64,000 bases of DNA from Bacillota bacterium (GTDB taxonomy: Bacteria > Bacillota > Clostridia > Christensenellales > SZUA-584): assembly GCA_023416745.1 (NCBI GenBank), contig JAEZHF010000051.1, positions 140 to 64,139 of the forward strand, read 5' to 3'. The first letter of the stretch is position 1; each line of letters begins with the position of its first letter. The notes below the pieces were generated by a model. The model had not been told where the DNA came from. It made no database searches and saw only the letters and a program-made list of their open reading frames with translations. The translations under genes and the position numbers were made by a program. This document shows, piece after piece, positions 48,388 through 58,982 of the stretch.

Positions 48388-49623
48388 TTACCTGATCTGT
48401 CCATTACCCCGAATGATGTATTTGTATGTCGTTAGCTCTTCCAGTCCCATCGGGCCGCGGGCGTGCAGCTTCTGTGTGCTGATGCCGATCTCCGCTCCGA
48501 AGCCAAACTCGCCGCCGTCCGTGAACCGCGTGGAAGCATTGATGTAAACCGCCGCCGAATCCACCTGCGCAAGGAACTTCTCCGCATTGGCGTAGTCCTT
48601 CGTTACAATGGCTTCCGAGTGCTTGGTGCCGTATTTATTGATGTGCGCGATCGCCGCATCCACGCCGGAGACCACCTTCACGGCGAGTATATAGTCGAGG
48701 AACTCAGTATAGTAGTCCTCCTCCGATGCTTCCTTCGCACTGATGAAGGCGCGCGTCTTCTCACAACCACGAAGCTCGACTTTGGACAGCTTCTCGGCCA
48801 TCTTGGGCAGAAATACTGCCGCAACAGCCTCATGAACCAGCAGGGATTCCGCCGCATTGCACACCGAAGGCCGGCTCGTCTTCGCGTTGTGGATGATCTC
48901 AAGCCCCATCTCAATGTCCGCCGTCTCATCAATATAAACATGGCAGTTGCCCGTACCCGTCTCAATGACCGGTATTGTTGCATTCTTGACGACGCTCTGA
49001 ATGAGCCCCGCCCCGCCGCGCGGTATCAGCACGTCGATCACACCGTTCAAGCCCATCATGTACGTCGCCGCCTCGCGCGATGTGTCATCAATGAGCTGAA
49101 TCGCATCCGCCGGAAAACCCGCCTGCTCCGCCGCATCTCGCAGTACTTGAACCACCGCTTTGTTGGAATGGATGGCGTCGCTGCCGCCGCGCAGCACCAC
49201 CGTGTTGCCTGTCTTCAGACACAGCCCCGCCGCATCCGAAGTCACGTTGGGCCGCGCCTCGTAGATGATGCCGATCACGCCCAGCGGTACACGCTGCTTG
49301 GTAATTGCGAGACCGTTAGGCCGCAGAGCGCCGTTCAGCACCTCGCCCACCGGATCACGCAGCGCCGCGACATCACGAAGCCCCTGCGCCATGCCCTCTA
49401 TGCGTTTCTCAGACAGCGACAAACGGTCGATCATGTAGGCCGCCGTGTTACGTGCCTTCGCAGCCTCCACATCCTTTGCGTTCTCCGCCACAATATAGTC
49501 AGCCCTTGCAACCAGTTCATCCGCCATTGCCAGCAGCGCCTTGTTCTTCTCGCTTTCCCCCATGCAGGCCAACGTGGCCGCAGCCTTCTTTGCGCTCAGC
49601 GCTTTGTCCAGCACGTGCTGCAT
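48388..49623 (-). CDS. proA: gamma-glutamyl phosphate reductase
   Basis: Aldehyde dehydrogenase fold with the catalytic region SVCNAAESLLVH. Confidence 0.9.
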   Translation of the reverse strand: MQHVLDKALSAKKAAATLACMGESEKNKALLAMADELVARADYIVAENAKDVEAAKARNTAAYMIDRLSLSEKRIEGMAQGLRDVAALRDPVGEVLNGALRPNGLAITKQRVPLGVIGIIYEARPNVTSDAAGLCLKTGNTVVLRGGSDAIHSNKAVVQVLRDAAEQAGFPADAIQLIDDTSREAATYMMGLNGVIDVLIPRGGAGLIQSVVKNATIPVIETGTGNCHVYIDETADIEMGLEIIHNAKTSRPSVCNAAESLLVHEAVAAVFLPKMAEKLSKVELRGCEKTRAFISAKEASEEDYYTEFLDYILAVKVVSGVDAAIAHINKYGTKHSEAIVTKDYANAEKFLAQVDSAAVYINASTRFTDGGEFGFGAEIGISTQKLHARGPMGLEELTTYKYIIRGNGQIR

Positions 49624-49667
49624 CGTAACCCTCCCAGATTAGCTAGTATGCGGTATTATAACATTAT

Positions 49668-49696
49668 TTGCATCCAAAGTCACGAGGCGTTATAAT
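49668..49696 (+). promoter_or_regulatory. sigma-A type promoter of rqcH
   Basis: TTGCAT-17 nt-TATAAT, 22 nt upstream of the ATG. Confidence 0.5.
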
Positions 49697-49718
49697 ACTG
49701 TTTCATGGAGGGCGCGAT

Positions 49719-51464
49719 ATGACACTGGACGGACTGACACTGAATGTGGTCGTAAATGAGATAAAGGAGCCTGTTCTGGGCTGCAAGGTGGACAAGGTAC
49801 ACCAGCCGCAGCCGGATACCGTCGTGCTCTCGCTGCGCGCACCAGGACGCAACCCCAAGCTGTTGATCAGCGCAGGCGCTTTTGATTCGCGGCTGCACCT
49901 GACGGAGCAAAAGTACCCCAATCCGCCGTCACCGCCCATGTTCTGTATGTTTTTGCGCAAGCACCTCACGGGCGCGAAGATCATATCCGTAGAGCAGACG
50001 GGGCTGGAGCGCATCGTACGCTTATCACTGGAGGCAAAGGATGAACTGGGTCTGCCGCGCACGCTGACTCTGGTCGCGGAGCTAATGGGCAAATACTCCA
50101 ACGTGATACTCTTAAGTGAGCAGGACATTGTGATGGACAGCATACGTCATGTTTCCTCGGCACAGAGCCGCGTGCGTAGCGTGCTGCCGGGGCTCCTTTA
50201 CGAGGAGCCACCGTCAGTCAAGCTTAACCCGTTTACCATATCACGTGCGACGCTGGCGGAAATGCTGGGGAAGCGCGGTAAGACGAAGCTCAAAAGCTAT
50301 CTGTCGCAGTTTCTTCAGGGCATCTCCGGCCCCACAGCCGATGAGCTGCTGTGGCGTTATATGCCCGAAGGATACGAAGAACATCCGCGCGAAGCGGAGC
50401 GCATGGCAGACGTGATACGCGGCTTTTTCGCGGAGCTTCAGTCCCCTCGCCCGACGATGTACTTACGGGAGGGCGCGCCCTGTTTCTACTCGCCGGTGCC
50501 ATTTCACAGCATTGAGGTGCGGTCCGCGGAGAGCTTTGACACCGCCAACGCGATGGTAGATGCGTATTATTTTCGCCTGCGTCAGATTGAGGCGCTGGCG
50601 CGCAAACGCGAATCACTGTCCAGGCTGACGCTGAAGAATATAGAGAAGCTGAGTCAAACGCTGCAGAAGCAGCTGGAAAGCCTGGAGCAGTCTAAAAAAG
50701 CCGACCGCCATAAGATGCTGGGCGATATCATCACCGCCAACATATATCGTATTTCGCGCGGACAGTCCAAGATGGCTGCGCAAGATTATGTGACGGGTGA
50801 GGATGTATCGGTAGATCTGGATACGCGGTTCTCTCCCGCCGCCAACGCGCAGCAGCACTACAAGAGGTACAATAAACTGAAAAGCGGCTTGGATATTACT
50901 TCACGCCGCATGGCGGAAACGCAGAATGAACTGAGCTTCCTAGACAGTGTGCTGGTGTCGCTCGAATCCTGTGAAACGATGGAGGAGCTGTTTGAGGTGG
51001 AGTATGAGCTGGCCCGTGCCGGTTATGCGCCTCGCTCTAAGGAAGCACCGCAAAAATCCACACAGGAGCCGTCCCGCCCGCACCGTTTCGTTTCGTCGGA
51101 CGGCCTCGTGATACTAGCGGGCAAGAACAACCGCCAGAACGATCTGCTGACGATGAAAACCGCGGAGCAGGACGACATCTGGCTGCACACCAAGGACATA
51201 CCCGGTGCACATGTGCTGATCGTTGGTGCGAAGGGGCAGCCGCCCGAGACCACGCTGCTGGAAGCTGCGGCTATCGCGGCTTATCTCAGCAAGGCCAAAA
51301 ACGGGGGCAAAGTGGCGGTGGACTACGCGCCGCGCAAAAATATCCGAAAGCCCAACGGCGCGCGCCCTGGCATGGTGGTGTATGAGAACTACAAAACCAT
51401 ATTGGTGCCTGCCAGCCGCGAGACCTTTGAGCGCCTGATTGTAAGCGTTTTGAACAAGGCTTAG
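49719..51464 (+). CDS. rqcH: ribosome quality control factor RqcH / FbpA (NFACT family)
   Basis: NFACT-N, a coiled coil and NFACT-R (HTKDIPGAHVLI). Start trimmed to MTLDGLTL behind GGAGGG. Confidence 0.8.
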   Translation: MTLDGLTLNVVVNEIKEPVLGCKVDKVHQPQPDTVVLSLRAPGRNPKLLISAGAFDSRLHLTEQKYPNPPSPPMFCMFLRKHLTGAKIISVEQTGLERIVRLSLEAKDELGLPRTLTLVAELMGKYSNVILLSEQDIVMDSIRHVSSAQSRVRSVLPGLLYEEPPSVKLNPFTISRATLAEMLGKRGKTKLKSYLSQFLQGISGPTADELLWRYMPEGYEEHPREAERMADVIRGFFAELQSPRPTMYLREGAPCFYSPVPFHSIEVRSAESFDTANAMVDAYYFRLRQIEALARKRESLSRLTLKNIEKLSQTLQKQLESLEQSKKADRHKMLGDIITANIYRISRGQSKMAAQDYVTGEDVSVDLDTRFSPAANAQQHYKRYNKLKSGLDITSRRMAETQNELSFLDSVLVSLESCETMEELFEVEYELARAGYAPRSKEAPQKSTQEPSRPHRFVSSDGLVILAGKNNRQNDLLTMKTAEQDDIWLHTKDIPGAHVLIVGAKGQPPETTLLEAAAIAAYLSKAKNGGKVAVDYAPRKNIRKPNGARPGMVVYENYKTILVPASRETFERLIVSVLNKA

Positions 51465-51482
51465 CTTCCCTGTTATTCTTAG

Positions 51483-51734
51483 TTAATAGCCCATATCATT
51501 TTTATTTGGAGGAGGATTATATGTGTCTTCTTCCTTCTTGCTCTTATGCCACAGGTATATTCCAAGGCCCGGTACGAGCGAAGCCAAAGCAAAAACCAGC
51601 ATCCAACCGAAAAGAGCGATGCCGTTGTCTCCGCCCCTTTTGGTATACCGGTAGGCCGTACCGTAAGCGAAAAAAACCTGAACGATATAAACAATATTCC
51701 ATATAACAAGTATCGGTGCGCTGTAAAATGGCAT
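51483..51734 (-). CDS. small two-TM membrane protein, unknown function
   Basis: 83 aa. AAGGAG lies 6 nt upstream of the ATG. Two hydrophobic helices. Confidence 0.45.
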   Translation of the reverse strand: MPFYSAPILVIWNIVYIVQVFFAYGTAYRYTKRGGDNGIALFGWMLVFALASLVPGLGIYLWHKSKKEEDTYNPPPNKNDMGY

Positions 51735-51821
51735 GGCATACTCCTTTTTATGTAAATATTACTACAATTTCTCTCATTATAGCCTATCGTTGTGATGATA
51801 CCAAGTCCTATTTGCTTAAAC

Positions 51822-51848
51822 AAAAAAAGACCCTTTTCAGGTCTTTTT
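51822..51848. terminator. terminator downstream of yajC
   Basis: AAAAAAAGACC-7 nt-GGTCTTTTT. The GC core is short and A/T runs flank both sides. Confidence 0.5.
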
Positions 51849-51861
51849 GCTTTTCGGGGGA

Positions 51862-52158
51862 TTACTTCTTGTCCAATTCCTGCTCAGGCAGTTCTGAGTC
51901 TTCCACAGTAGCGATAGCGCCCTTCGTGTACACGAGACGAACCTTGTCCGGAAGCGCTTCGATCGTTACCAGATCTTCCTTCACCGCCACGATTTTTCCG
52001 TACATGCCACCGATCGTTTTAATCATCTTACCAGGCTTTAAGCTGTCCATAAGCGCCTGCTGCTGCTTTTTGCGGCGTCTCTGGGGAATAACCATGAGCA
52101 GTATGAAAACCACGAATATGCCACCCAGCATTAAATATTGCGTCCACTCCGCATTCAT
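51862..52158 (-). CDS. yajC: preprotein translocase subunit YajC
   Basis: 98 aa with an N-terminal TM segment plus a PQRRRKKQ...L..GD.V.T.GG..G-type motif. Conserved position next to tgt. Confidence 0.8.
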   Translation of the reverse strand: MNAEWTQYLMLGGIFVVFILLMVIPQRRRKKQQQALMDSLKPGKMIKTIGGMYGKIVAVKEDLVTIEALPDKVRLVYTKGAIATVEDSELPEQELDKK

Positions 52159-52239
52159 TATAAAATACCTTCCTTTATCGAATTTCCTAAGTACATATAC
52201 TATATGACCCGCTAATAATTATCAACAACTTTTTTAGTT

Positions 52240-53361
<1,122 letters not shown>

Positions 53362-54384
53362 TCATATAATAAGCATCGCGTCGCCGAAGCTGAAGAAATG
53401 GTAACGCTTCTCCACCGCAGCCTTATACAGTGACAGCGTTCGCCCGCGTCCCGCGAATGCCGAAACCAGCATGATGAGCGTTGATTCTGGCAGATGGAAG
53501 TTGGTCACCAGTGCGTCGACTGCCTTAAAACGGTAACCCGGCGTGATGAATATGCTCGTCTCGCCTCGGCTCGCGTGCACCACTCCCTCATCGTCTGACA
53601 CCGATTCCAGCGTACGCACGCAGGTGGTGCCCACCGCAACGATGCGCCCGCCGCTTTTCCGCGCCGCGTTGATGGCAGCGGCAGCCTCTTCGGACACTTC
53701 GTAGTGCTCGCTGTGCATCACGTGTTCTTCCACGCTCTGTACCTTTACCGGTCGGAACGTACCCAGCCCCACATGCAGCGTCAGCCTTGCGATGGCAACG
53801 CCCATAACCGCAATCTTATCCAGCAGCTCCGGTGTGAAGTGCAGCCCGGCGGTGGGCGCGGCTGCGGACCCCTGCTCTCTCGCGTATACTGTCTGGTAGC
53901 GCGATTTATCCTCCAGCTTTTCGTGGATGTACGGCGGCAGCGGCATCTCGCCCAGCTCGTCCAATATCGCCTCGAACACACCGTCGAATGAGAACCGCGC
54001 CTCGGTGACGCCGTCCTCCTTCTTTTTTATAATCATAGCGGACAGCTTGTCCGAGAACATTACTTCATCACCCACACGCAGCTTTTTGCCCGGCTTGCAG
54101 ATGATGTCCCACGTGTCCAGCGAAAGTCGGCGCAGCAACAGAAACTCCACCGTTCTGTCCGACCCCTTCTTGATGCCGTACAGACGAGCGGGTATGACGC
54201 GTGTGTCGTTGATCACCAGCACGTCACCGGGACGCAAGTATTCTGTGATGTCGGAAAATATGCGGTGCGCCGTCTCGTGTGTCTCGCGGTTGTAAACCAG
54301 CAGGCGGGACGCATCCCGCTGCTCTATCGGTGTCTGAGCGATCAGTGATTCGTCCAGCTCGTAGTAAAAGTCCCTTGTCCTCAA
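53362..54384 (-). CDS. queA: S-adenosylmethionine:tRNA ribosyltransferase-isomerase
   Basis: 340 aa. N-terminus DFYYELDESLIAQTP and a GDAMLI C-terminus. Confidence 0.95.
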   Translation of the reverse strand: MRTRDFYYELDESLIAQTPIEQRDASRLLVYNRETHETAHRIFSDITEYLRPGDVLVINDTRVIPARLYGIKKGSDRTVEFLLLRRLSLDTWDIICKPGKKLRVGDEVMFSDKLSAMIIKKKEDGVTEARFSFDGVFEAILDELGEMPLPPYIHEKLEDKSRYQTVYAREQGSAAAPTAGLHFTPELLDKIAVMGVAIARLTLHVGLGTFRPVKVQSVEEHVMHSEHYEVSEEAAAAINAARKSGGRIVAVGTTCVRTLESVSDDEGVVHASRGETSIFITPGYRFKAVDALVTNFHLPESTLIMLVSAFAGRGRTLSLYKAAVEKRYHFFSFGDAMLII

Positions 54385-55428
54385 TCAGCCCTCCGGCAGG
54401 TCCAGCCTGACCTGCTGCGTATTGTTATTGGCGTTATACGGACAGCCGATGTGCGCATAAGCCAGCGGCGTCGCCACACGCCCGCGCGGCGTTTTATTAA
54501 CAAAGCCGAGCTGTATCAGGAACGGCTCGTATACATCCTCTATAGTCACGCTCTCCTCATTTGTAGCGGCACACAGCGTGTCCAGCCCCACCGGTCCCCC
54601 GCCGAACTTGTAGATGATGGCTTCCAGTATCGCCTTGTCCACACCATCGAGGCCAATCTCGTCCACCTCCAGCTGCTCAAGGCCGTACCGCGCAATGTCC
54701 AGCGACACCTTGCCGCAGCCATCCACCTCCGCAAAATCGCGCACGCGGCGCAGCAGCCGGTTGGCTACACGTGGCGTCCCCCTGGAGCGCGAAGCGATCT
54801 CCAGCGACGCATCGTCGTCGATGCACACATTCAGTATGCCCGCTGAACGCCGGATGATGAGCGCCAGTTCCTCCGGTGTATACATCTGCAACCGGTGGAT
54901 CACGCCGAAGCGGTCCCTCAGCGGCGAGGTCAACTGCCCCGCGCGCGTGGTTGCACCTACCAATGTGAACTGCGGCAGCCCTAAACGCAGCGTGCGTGCG
55001 GATGGCCCTTTGCCAATGATGATATCCAGCGCGTAGTCCTCCATCGCCGGATACAAGACCTCCTCCACGCTGCTGTTCAGACGATGTATCTCATCGATGA
55101 ACAACACGTCACCTTTATTCAAATTGGTCAGTATCGCCGCAAGGTCGCCCGGGCGCTCAATAGCAGGGCCCGAGGTCACACGGATATTGACGCCCATCTC
55201 AGACGCGATGATGTATGACAGCGTCGTTTTGCCGAGACCCGGCGGGCCGTACAGCAGCACGTGATCCAGCGATTCTCCCCTGCTTTTGGCTGCCGCCATG
55301 AACACCTTCAGATTATCCTTTGCCTTGGACTGCCCCACGTAATCATCCAGCGTTTTAGGGCGCAATGAAAGCTCTGAAACGGAATCCGCCTCGTTCACAT
55401 TCGAGGATACGATCCTGTCGTCGTCCAT
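54385..55428 (-). CDS. ruvB: Holliday junction branch migration helicase
   Basis: Walker [10 protein letters not shown] and a RuvB-like sequence. The stop abuts the queA start. Confidence 0.95.
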   Translation of the reverse strand: MDDDRIVSSNVNEADSVSELSLRPKTLDDYVGQSKAKDNLKVFMAAAKSRGESLDHVLLYGPPGLGKTTLSYIIASEMGVNIRVTSGPAIERPGDLAAILTNLNKGDVLFIDEIHRLNSSVEEVLYPAMEDYALDIIIGKGPSARTLRLGLPQFTLVGATTRAGQLTSPLRDRFGVIHRLQMYTPEELALIIRRSAGILNVCIDDDASLEIASRSRGTPRVANRLLRRVRDFAEVDGCGKVSLDIARYGLEQLEVDEIGLDGVDKAILEAIIYKFGGGPVGLDTLCAATNEESVTIEDVYEPFLIQLGFVNKTPRGRVATPLAYAHIGCPYNANNNTQQVRLDLPEG

Positions 55429-55440
55429 GTCCGCACCTCC

Positions 55441-56034
55441 TTACGCGCCCATGCGCCGCAGCGCCAGCAATATAATATCCTCTGTGGTGTCGCCAAGGTT
55501 TTTCACAGAAGCCACAGCCTTAATTGCTTCAGCGCGGTTGTAGCCCAGCGACACCAGCGCAGCGATGGCTTCAGCCTCCACGCCCGCACCGCCCGGCATA
55601 GTCTCCGCAATGCCGCCGTCATCAATGATTTCGTGCGTCCGGATCTTCTCCGCGAGGTCAATGATGATACGCTGTGCCGTCTTCTTGCCCACACCGGATA
55701 TCTTTGAAAATGCCCGCTCGTCTGACGTAATGATGGCCGCCGCGAGGTCGCTCACCTTCATGGCGGACAGTATCGCCAGCGCCACTTTGGGGCCAATGCC
55801 CGACACACCTGTCAGGCGCAGGAACATTTCCCGCTCCTCCGGCGTATTGAAGCCGTACAGCGTGTGCGCGTCTTCCCGTACCACCAGATGGCAGTGCAGC
55901 TTGGCGGCTTGTCCCGCGCGAATATGCAGCAGCGATTGCGCTGACGTATATACCCGGTAGCCCACACCGCCCGCTTCGATCACCGCGTGATCCTTGTCTG
56001 TGGACGCCACTTCGCCTTTTATGTAATCGTACAT
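55441..56034 (-). CDS. ruvA: Holliday junction DNA-binding protein
   Basis: 197 aa with the N-terminus MYDYIKG and a HhH region GVSGIGPK. Confidence 0.9.
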   Translation of the reverse strand: MYDYIKGEVASTDKDHAVIEAGGVGYRVYTSAQSLLHIRAGQAAKLHCHLVVREDAHTLYGFNTPEEREMFLRLTGVSGIGPKVALAILSAMKVSDLAAAIITSDERAFSKISGVGKKTAQRIIIDLAEKIRTHEIIDDGGIAETMPGGAGVEAEAIAALVSLGYNRAEAIKAVASVKNLGDTTEDIILLALRRMGA

Positions 56035-56043
56035 AAACCCTCT

Positions 56044-56538
56044 CTATCTGATACGGAAGTTTTCCGCAAAACGGCTGGAATGCGCGTGGCATATCGCGCA
56101 GGCCACCGCGTCCGCCGCGTCGTCAGGGCGTATCAGTTTGTTGAGCCCCAGCAGCAGCCGTACCATCTCCTGTATCTGCTTCTTGTCCGCGTGACCGTAG
56201 CCCACGACCGCCTGCTTGATCTGCATGGGCGTGTATTCAAACAGAACTGCGCCGGTGCCGAATGCCGCCGCCATCGCAGCGCCACGTGCCTGTGCCACTC
56301 CGATCACCGTGGTCACGTTCTTGCCCGCGAACAGCTCCTCAAACGCGATACAGTCCGGGTCGTGCTGGCGGATCAGCTTGCCCACGCTCTCGTGAATAAT
56401 GGCTAACCGCCGAGGCAACGGCATTCCCGCCTCCGTCACGATTGTGCCGCAGTCCACCAGCGACGCCTTGCCGTTCTCATAGCTGATAACGCCGTATCCC
56501 ATCAGCGCGAGTCCCGGGTCAATGCCCAGTATGATCAT
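56044..56538 (-). CDS. ruvC: crossover junction endodeoxyribonuclease
   Basis: Starts MIILGIDPG 6 nt after GTGAGG. RNase H-like fold. Confidence 0.9.
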   Translation of the reverse strand: MIILGIDPGLALMGYGVISYENGKASLVDCGTIVTEAGMPLPRRLAIIHESVGKLIRQHDPDCIAFEELFAGKNVTTVIGVAQARGAAMAAAFGTGAVLFEYTPMQIKQAVVGYGHADKKQIQEMVRLLLGLNKLIRPDDAADAVACAICHAHSSRFAENFRIR

Positions 56539-56611
56539 TCGTAACCTCACTTATTATCACTGGTATAACTATAAAGGCAAGCCGCATGGATGTCAAACGG
56601 TTTGCCCCGGA

Positions 56612-57523
56612 TCACGCGCCGCCGCAGATATCGACGACGACCACCTCAGGCGGATTGAACATGCGCGGAACCAAACCGTTGAAAGACAGGCCGCGGCTGA
56701 CGATCAGCGTCTTGCCGCCAAAGTCGTACCGCCCTCCGGCGTACTTCGGGAACCATCCCTGGTCCGGCGCGAACAGACCATTGATCAGCAACGGCACGCG
56801 TATCTGGCCGCCGTGTGTGTGGCCGGACAGTATCATGTCGAAGCTGTATTGCCGATACAAATCGATCAGTTCAGGACGGTGCGCCAGCAGCACATTGAAC
56901 ACGCCATTATCCATGTCAGCAAAGCGCTGTCGGAACAGCTCTTCCATATCGCCCATCGCCAGATATTCCGCTTCCTCGGTATAGTCGAACATATTAGGAT
57001 CGTCCACACCGCTAATGGAGAGACGCACGCCTTTCACGATGATGTCCTCGCTTTCGTTGTCCAGCACCATAACGCCATAGCTTTCCATCATACTCTTGAT
57101 ACCGTCGTAACTGTCCGACCAGTATTCATGGTTGCCGGACACATAATATGCCGGTGCGATGTCTCTGATGCCCGCCAGCAGCAGGTGTGTCCCGTCGTCC
57201 GGCTCATCGTCGTCCGCTATGTCTCCCACCAACGCAATGATATCCGGCTGCTGTGCTTTTATCATATCTATCAGCGGCTTCTGGCTCTCGCCATATATAT
57301 GGCTGTGCAGGTCGGTAACGGCCACGATGCGCACGCTTTGGCCTTCGGGTATCTTGTCAGTCACCACCTCGTATGTCCGCAGCGTCAGCCCGATGTAAAA
57401 CGCCCATACGGTAAGAGCCGCCAGTACAGCAGCCATGGCGGCGCGCCGCAACAGACGGCGGGTTTTTGTTGGTTTATCACGACCGATTGGCTTCATTGAC
57501 TGATTCCGTAAAACTGTAGTCAT
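56612..57523 (-). CDS. membrane-anchored calcineurin-like metallophosphoesterase
   Basis: N-terminal TM segment, then DLHSH, GDIADD, GNHE and GHTHGG motifs. Confidence 0.75.
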   Translation of the reverse strand: MTTVLRNQSMKPIGRDKPTKTRRLLRRAAMAAVLAALTVWAFYIGLTLRTYEVVTDKIPEGQSVRIVAVTDLHSHIYGESQKPLIDMIKAQQPDIIALVGDIADDDEPDDGTHLLLAGIRDIAPAYYVSGNHEYWSDSYDGIKSMMESYGVMVLDNESEDIIVKGVRLSISGVDDPNMFDYTEEAEYLAMGDMEELFRQRFADMDNGVFNVLLAHRPELIDLYRQYSFDMILSGHTHGGQIRVPLLINGLFAPDQGWFPKYAGGRYDFGGKTLIVSRGLSFNGLVPRMFNPPEVVVVDICGGA

Positions 57524-57615
57524 TATTTCTTGTATATTTTATTAGTTTTATTATTATACCATGATTTGGCGGGAAAAACCAGCACATATTTTCGCGTATC
57601 GATTAGGTGCTCAAA

Positions 57616-57650
57616 GAAAAAAGCCTCCGCATGTTGTCCCATGCAAAGGC
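57616..57650 (-). terminator. intrinsic terminator after rplT
   Basis: GCCUUUGCAUG-GGACAA-CAUGCGGAGGC is 11 bp including two G-U pairs that form only on the minus-strand RNA. It is followed by UUUUUU. Confidence 0.85.
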
Positions 57651-57675
57651 GTCTTATCTGCTTTGTAAGGTCATG

Positions 57676-58035
57676 TTACGCATTCAAGCGCTGCTTCGCC
57701 ACGTCAACCATGCCGGCAAACGCCTTCTTGTCGTTCACAGCCATGTCCGCGAGTATCTTTCTGTTGACGGATACACCAGCCTTTTTCAGACCGTCCATCA
57801 TGCGGGAATAACTCATGCCATTGTTTCTGGCTTCCGCGTTGATACGTGTGATCCACAAGCTGCGGAAGTCGCGCTTTTTGAGCTTGCGGCCGATGTATGC
57901 GTAACGCAACGAGCGCATCACAGCCGGATTGGCCGCTCTGAACTGCCGGGATTTCGCGCCAAAATAGCCTCTCGCGAGCTTTAAAATCTTCTTATGCTTC
58001 TTGCGGGCATTGATTGCCCCTTTTACTCTTGCCAT
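57676..58035 (-). CDS. rplT: 50S ribosomal protein L20
   Basis: 119 aa. [16 protein letters not shown]... Confidence 0.95.
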   Translation of the reverse strand: MARVKGAINARKKHKKILKLARGYFGAKSRQFRAANPAVMRSLRYAYIGRKLKKRDFRSLWITRINAEARNNGMSYSRMMDGLKKAGVSVNRKILADMAVNDKKAFAGMVDVAKQRLNA

Positions 58036-58056
58036 TGTCTGATCCTCCTGTCGGCT

Positions 58057-58254
58057 CTATTTATAAGGAATAAGCAGTTTGATGTTCTTTGCTTCCACAT
58101 CAGCAATGAAGGTACCCTTGCGCAGGTTCCGCTTACGCTTTGTGGACTTCTTGTTCAGTATGTGTCTCTTATAGGCTTTTGCCCGCTTGACCTTGCCGCT
58201 TTTCGTGAGCGAAAACCTTTTGGCAGCGCCCCTGTGCGTTTTAATTTTTGGCAT
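58057..58254 (-). CDS. rpmI: 50S ribosomal protein L35
   Basis: 65 aa. [14 protein letters not shown]. Confidence 0.9.
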   Translation of the reverse strand: MPKIKTHRGAAKRFSLTKSGKVKRAKAYKRHILNKKSTKRKRNLRKGTFIADVEAKNIKLLIPYK

Positions 58255-58271
58255 TGCATTTGTCCTCCTTG

Positions 58272-58784
58272 TTAGTTCTTTGGTGCTAATATCATGAACA
58301 TACTCCGGCCTTCAAGTTTGGCGCTCTTTTCCATCGTGGCATCATCCTGCACCATATTGAAAAACAGTTCCATCACTTGCCTTCCCTGATCGGTATGTGT
58401 CATCTGCCGTCCCCTGAACCGAAGCGACACCTTCACCTTGTCGCCTTCTTTTAAAAACTTACTGACGTTTTTCGCCTTCACCTCAAGATCGTGCGTATCG
58501 ATTGTAGCAGACAGCCGCATTTCCTTGAGTACGATGATATTCTGGTTCTTTTTGGCTTCCTTTTGCTTTTTAGCTTGTTCAAAGCGGAATTTCCCGTAAT
58601 CCATGATTTTGCATACGGGCGGCTGTGCGCTGGGCGAAATCTTAACAAGATCCATTCCCTTCTCTTCTGCAATAACCATCGCCTCACGCGCAGACATGAT
58701 GCCGAGCTGAGCGCCATCTTCTCCAACCAGACGGATACTTTTGTCCCTTATCTGCTCGTTGATCTGTTGTTCGGTCGCGATAAT
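58272..58784 (-). CDS. infC: translation initiation factor IF-3 (probable ATT start)
   Basis: IF-3 sequence ([17 protein letters not shown]...). ATT lies 5 nt after GGAGG, whereas the upstream in-frame ATG overlaps that SD. A non-canonical start is the known infC autoregulatory feature. Confidence 0.85.
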   Translation of the reverse strand: MIATEQQINEQIRDKSIRLVGEDGAQLGIMSAREAMVIAEEKGMDLVKISPSAQPPVCKIMDYGKFRFEQAKKQKEAKKNQNIIVLKEMRLSATIDTHDLEVKAKNVSKFLKEGDKVKVSLRFRGRQMTHTDQGRQVMELFFNMVQDDATMEKSAKLEGRSMFMILAPKN

Positions 58785-58947
58785 AAACACCTCCATAATC
58801 TTTGCATACACAGCGCTTATTTGGAAACGCCTGCATTCAGGCAAATAAAAAACGGGCCAAATACCCGTTAGTCACCTTAGATAAGACGCTTACCACGCCT
58901 AACATAACACGTTGGCTGGTGAGAAACGGGTGTTTCCACTTTCAAGC
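58785..58947 (-). ncRNA. infC leader with terminator/antiterminator alternative (L20-leader-like)
   Basis: About 160-nt 5' UTR. ACCCGTT (early) can pair with AACGGGT, which is also the 5' arm of a terminator. The position matches the Firmicute L20 leader. Confidence 0.55.
58845..58869 (-). terminator. leader terminator upstream of infC
   Basis: AACGGG-TATTTGG-CCCGTT followed by TTTTAT. Confidence 0.7.
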
Positions 58948-58953
58948 AGATGC

Positions 58954-58982
58954 ATAATAACACATTAAAAATTGTTTGTCAA
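58954..58982 (-). promoter_or_regulatory. promoter of the infC-rpmI-rplT operon
   Basis: Consensus TTGACA-17 nt-TATTAT on the minus strand. Confidence 0.65.

Noticed and set aside
48463-49695. 410-aa ORF antisense to proA. Similar long antisense ORFs occur at 16366..17496, 4643..5668, 56522..57499, 8466..9206 and 52849..53433.
   Set aside because: Each is fully contained within, and opposite to, a gene with clear family motifs. All have Arg/His-rich low-information sequence and lack ribosome-binding sites.
51479-51823. 114-aa ORF overlapping the 83-aa small membrane protein gene in another frame.
   Set aside because: Only the 83-aa frame has an AAGGAG SD at correct spacing and two clean TM helices. 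The longer frame has neither.
56576-56606. Hairpin after the metallophosphoesterase gene as a terminator.
   Set aside because: The stem has an A-C mismatch on the relevant (minus) strand RNA and only a weak UUUAUAG tail. Read-through into ruvC is at least as likely.
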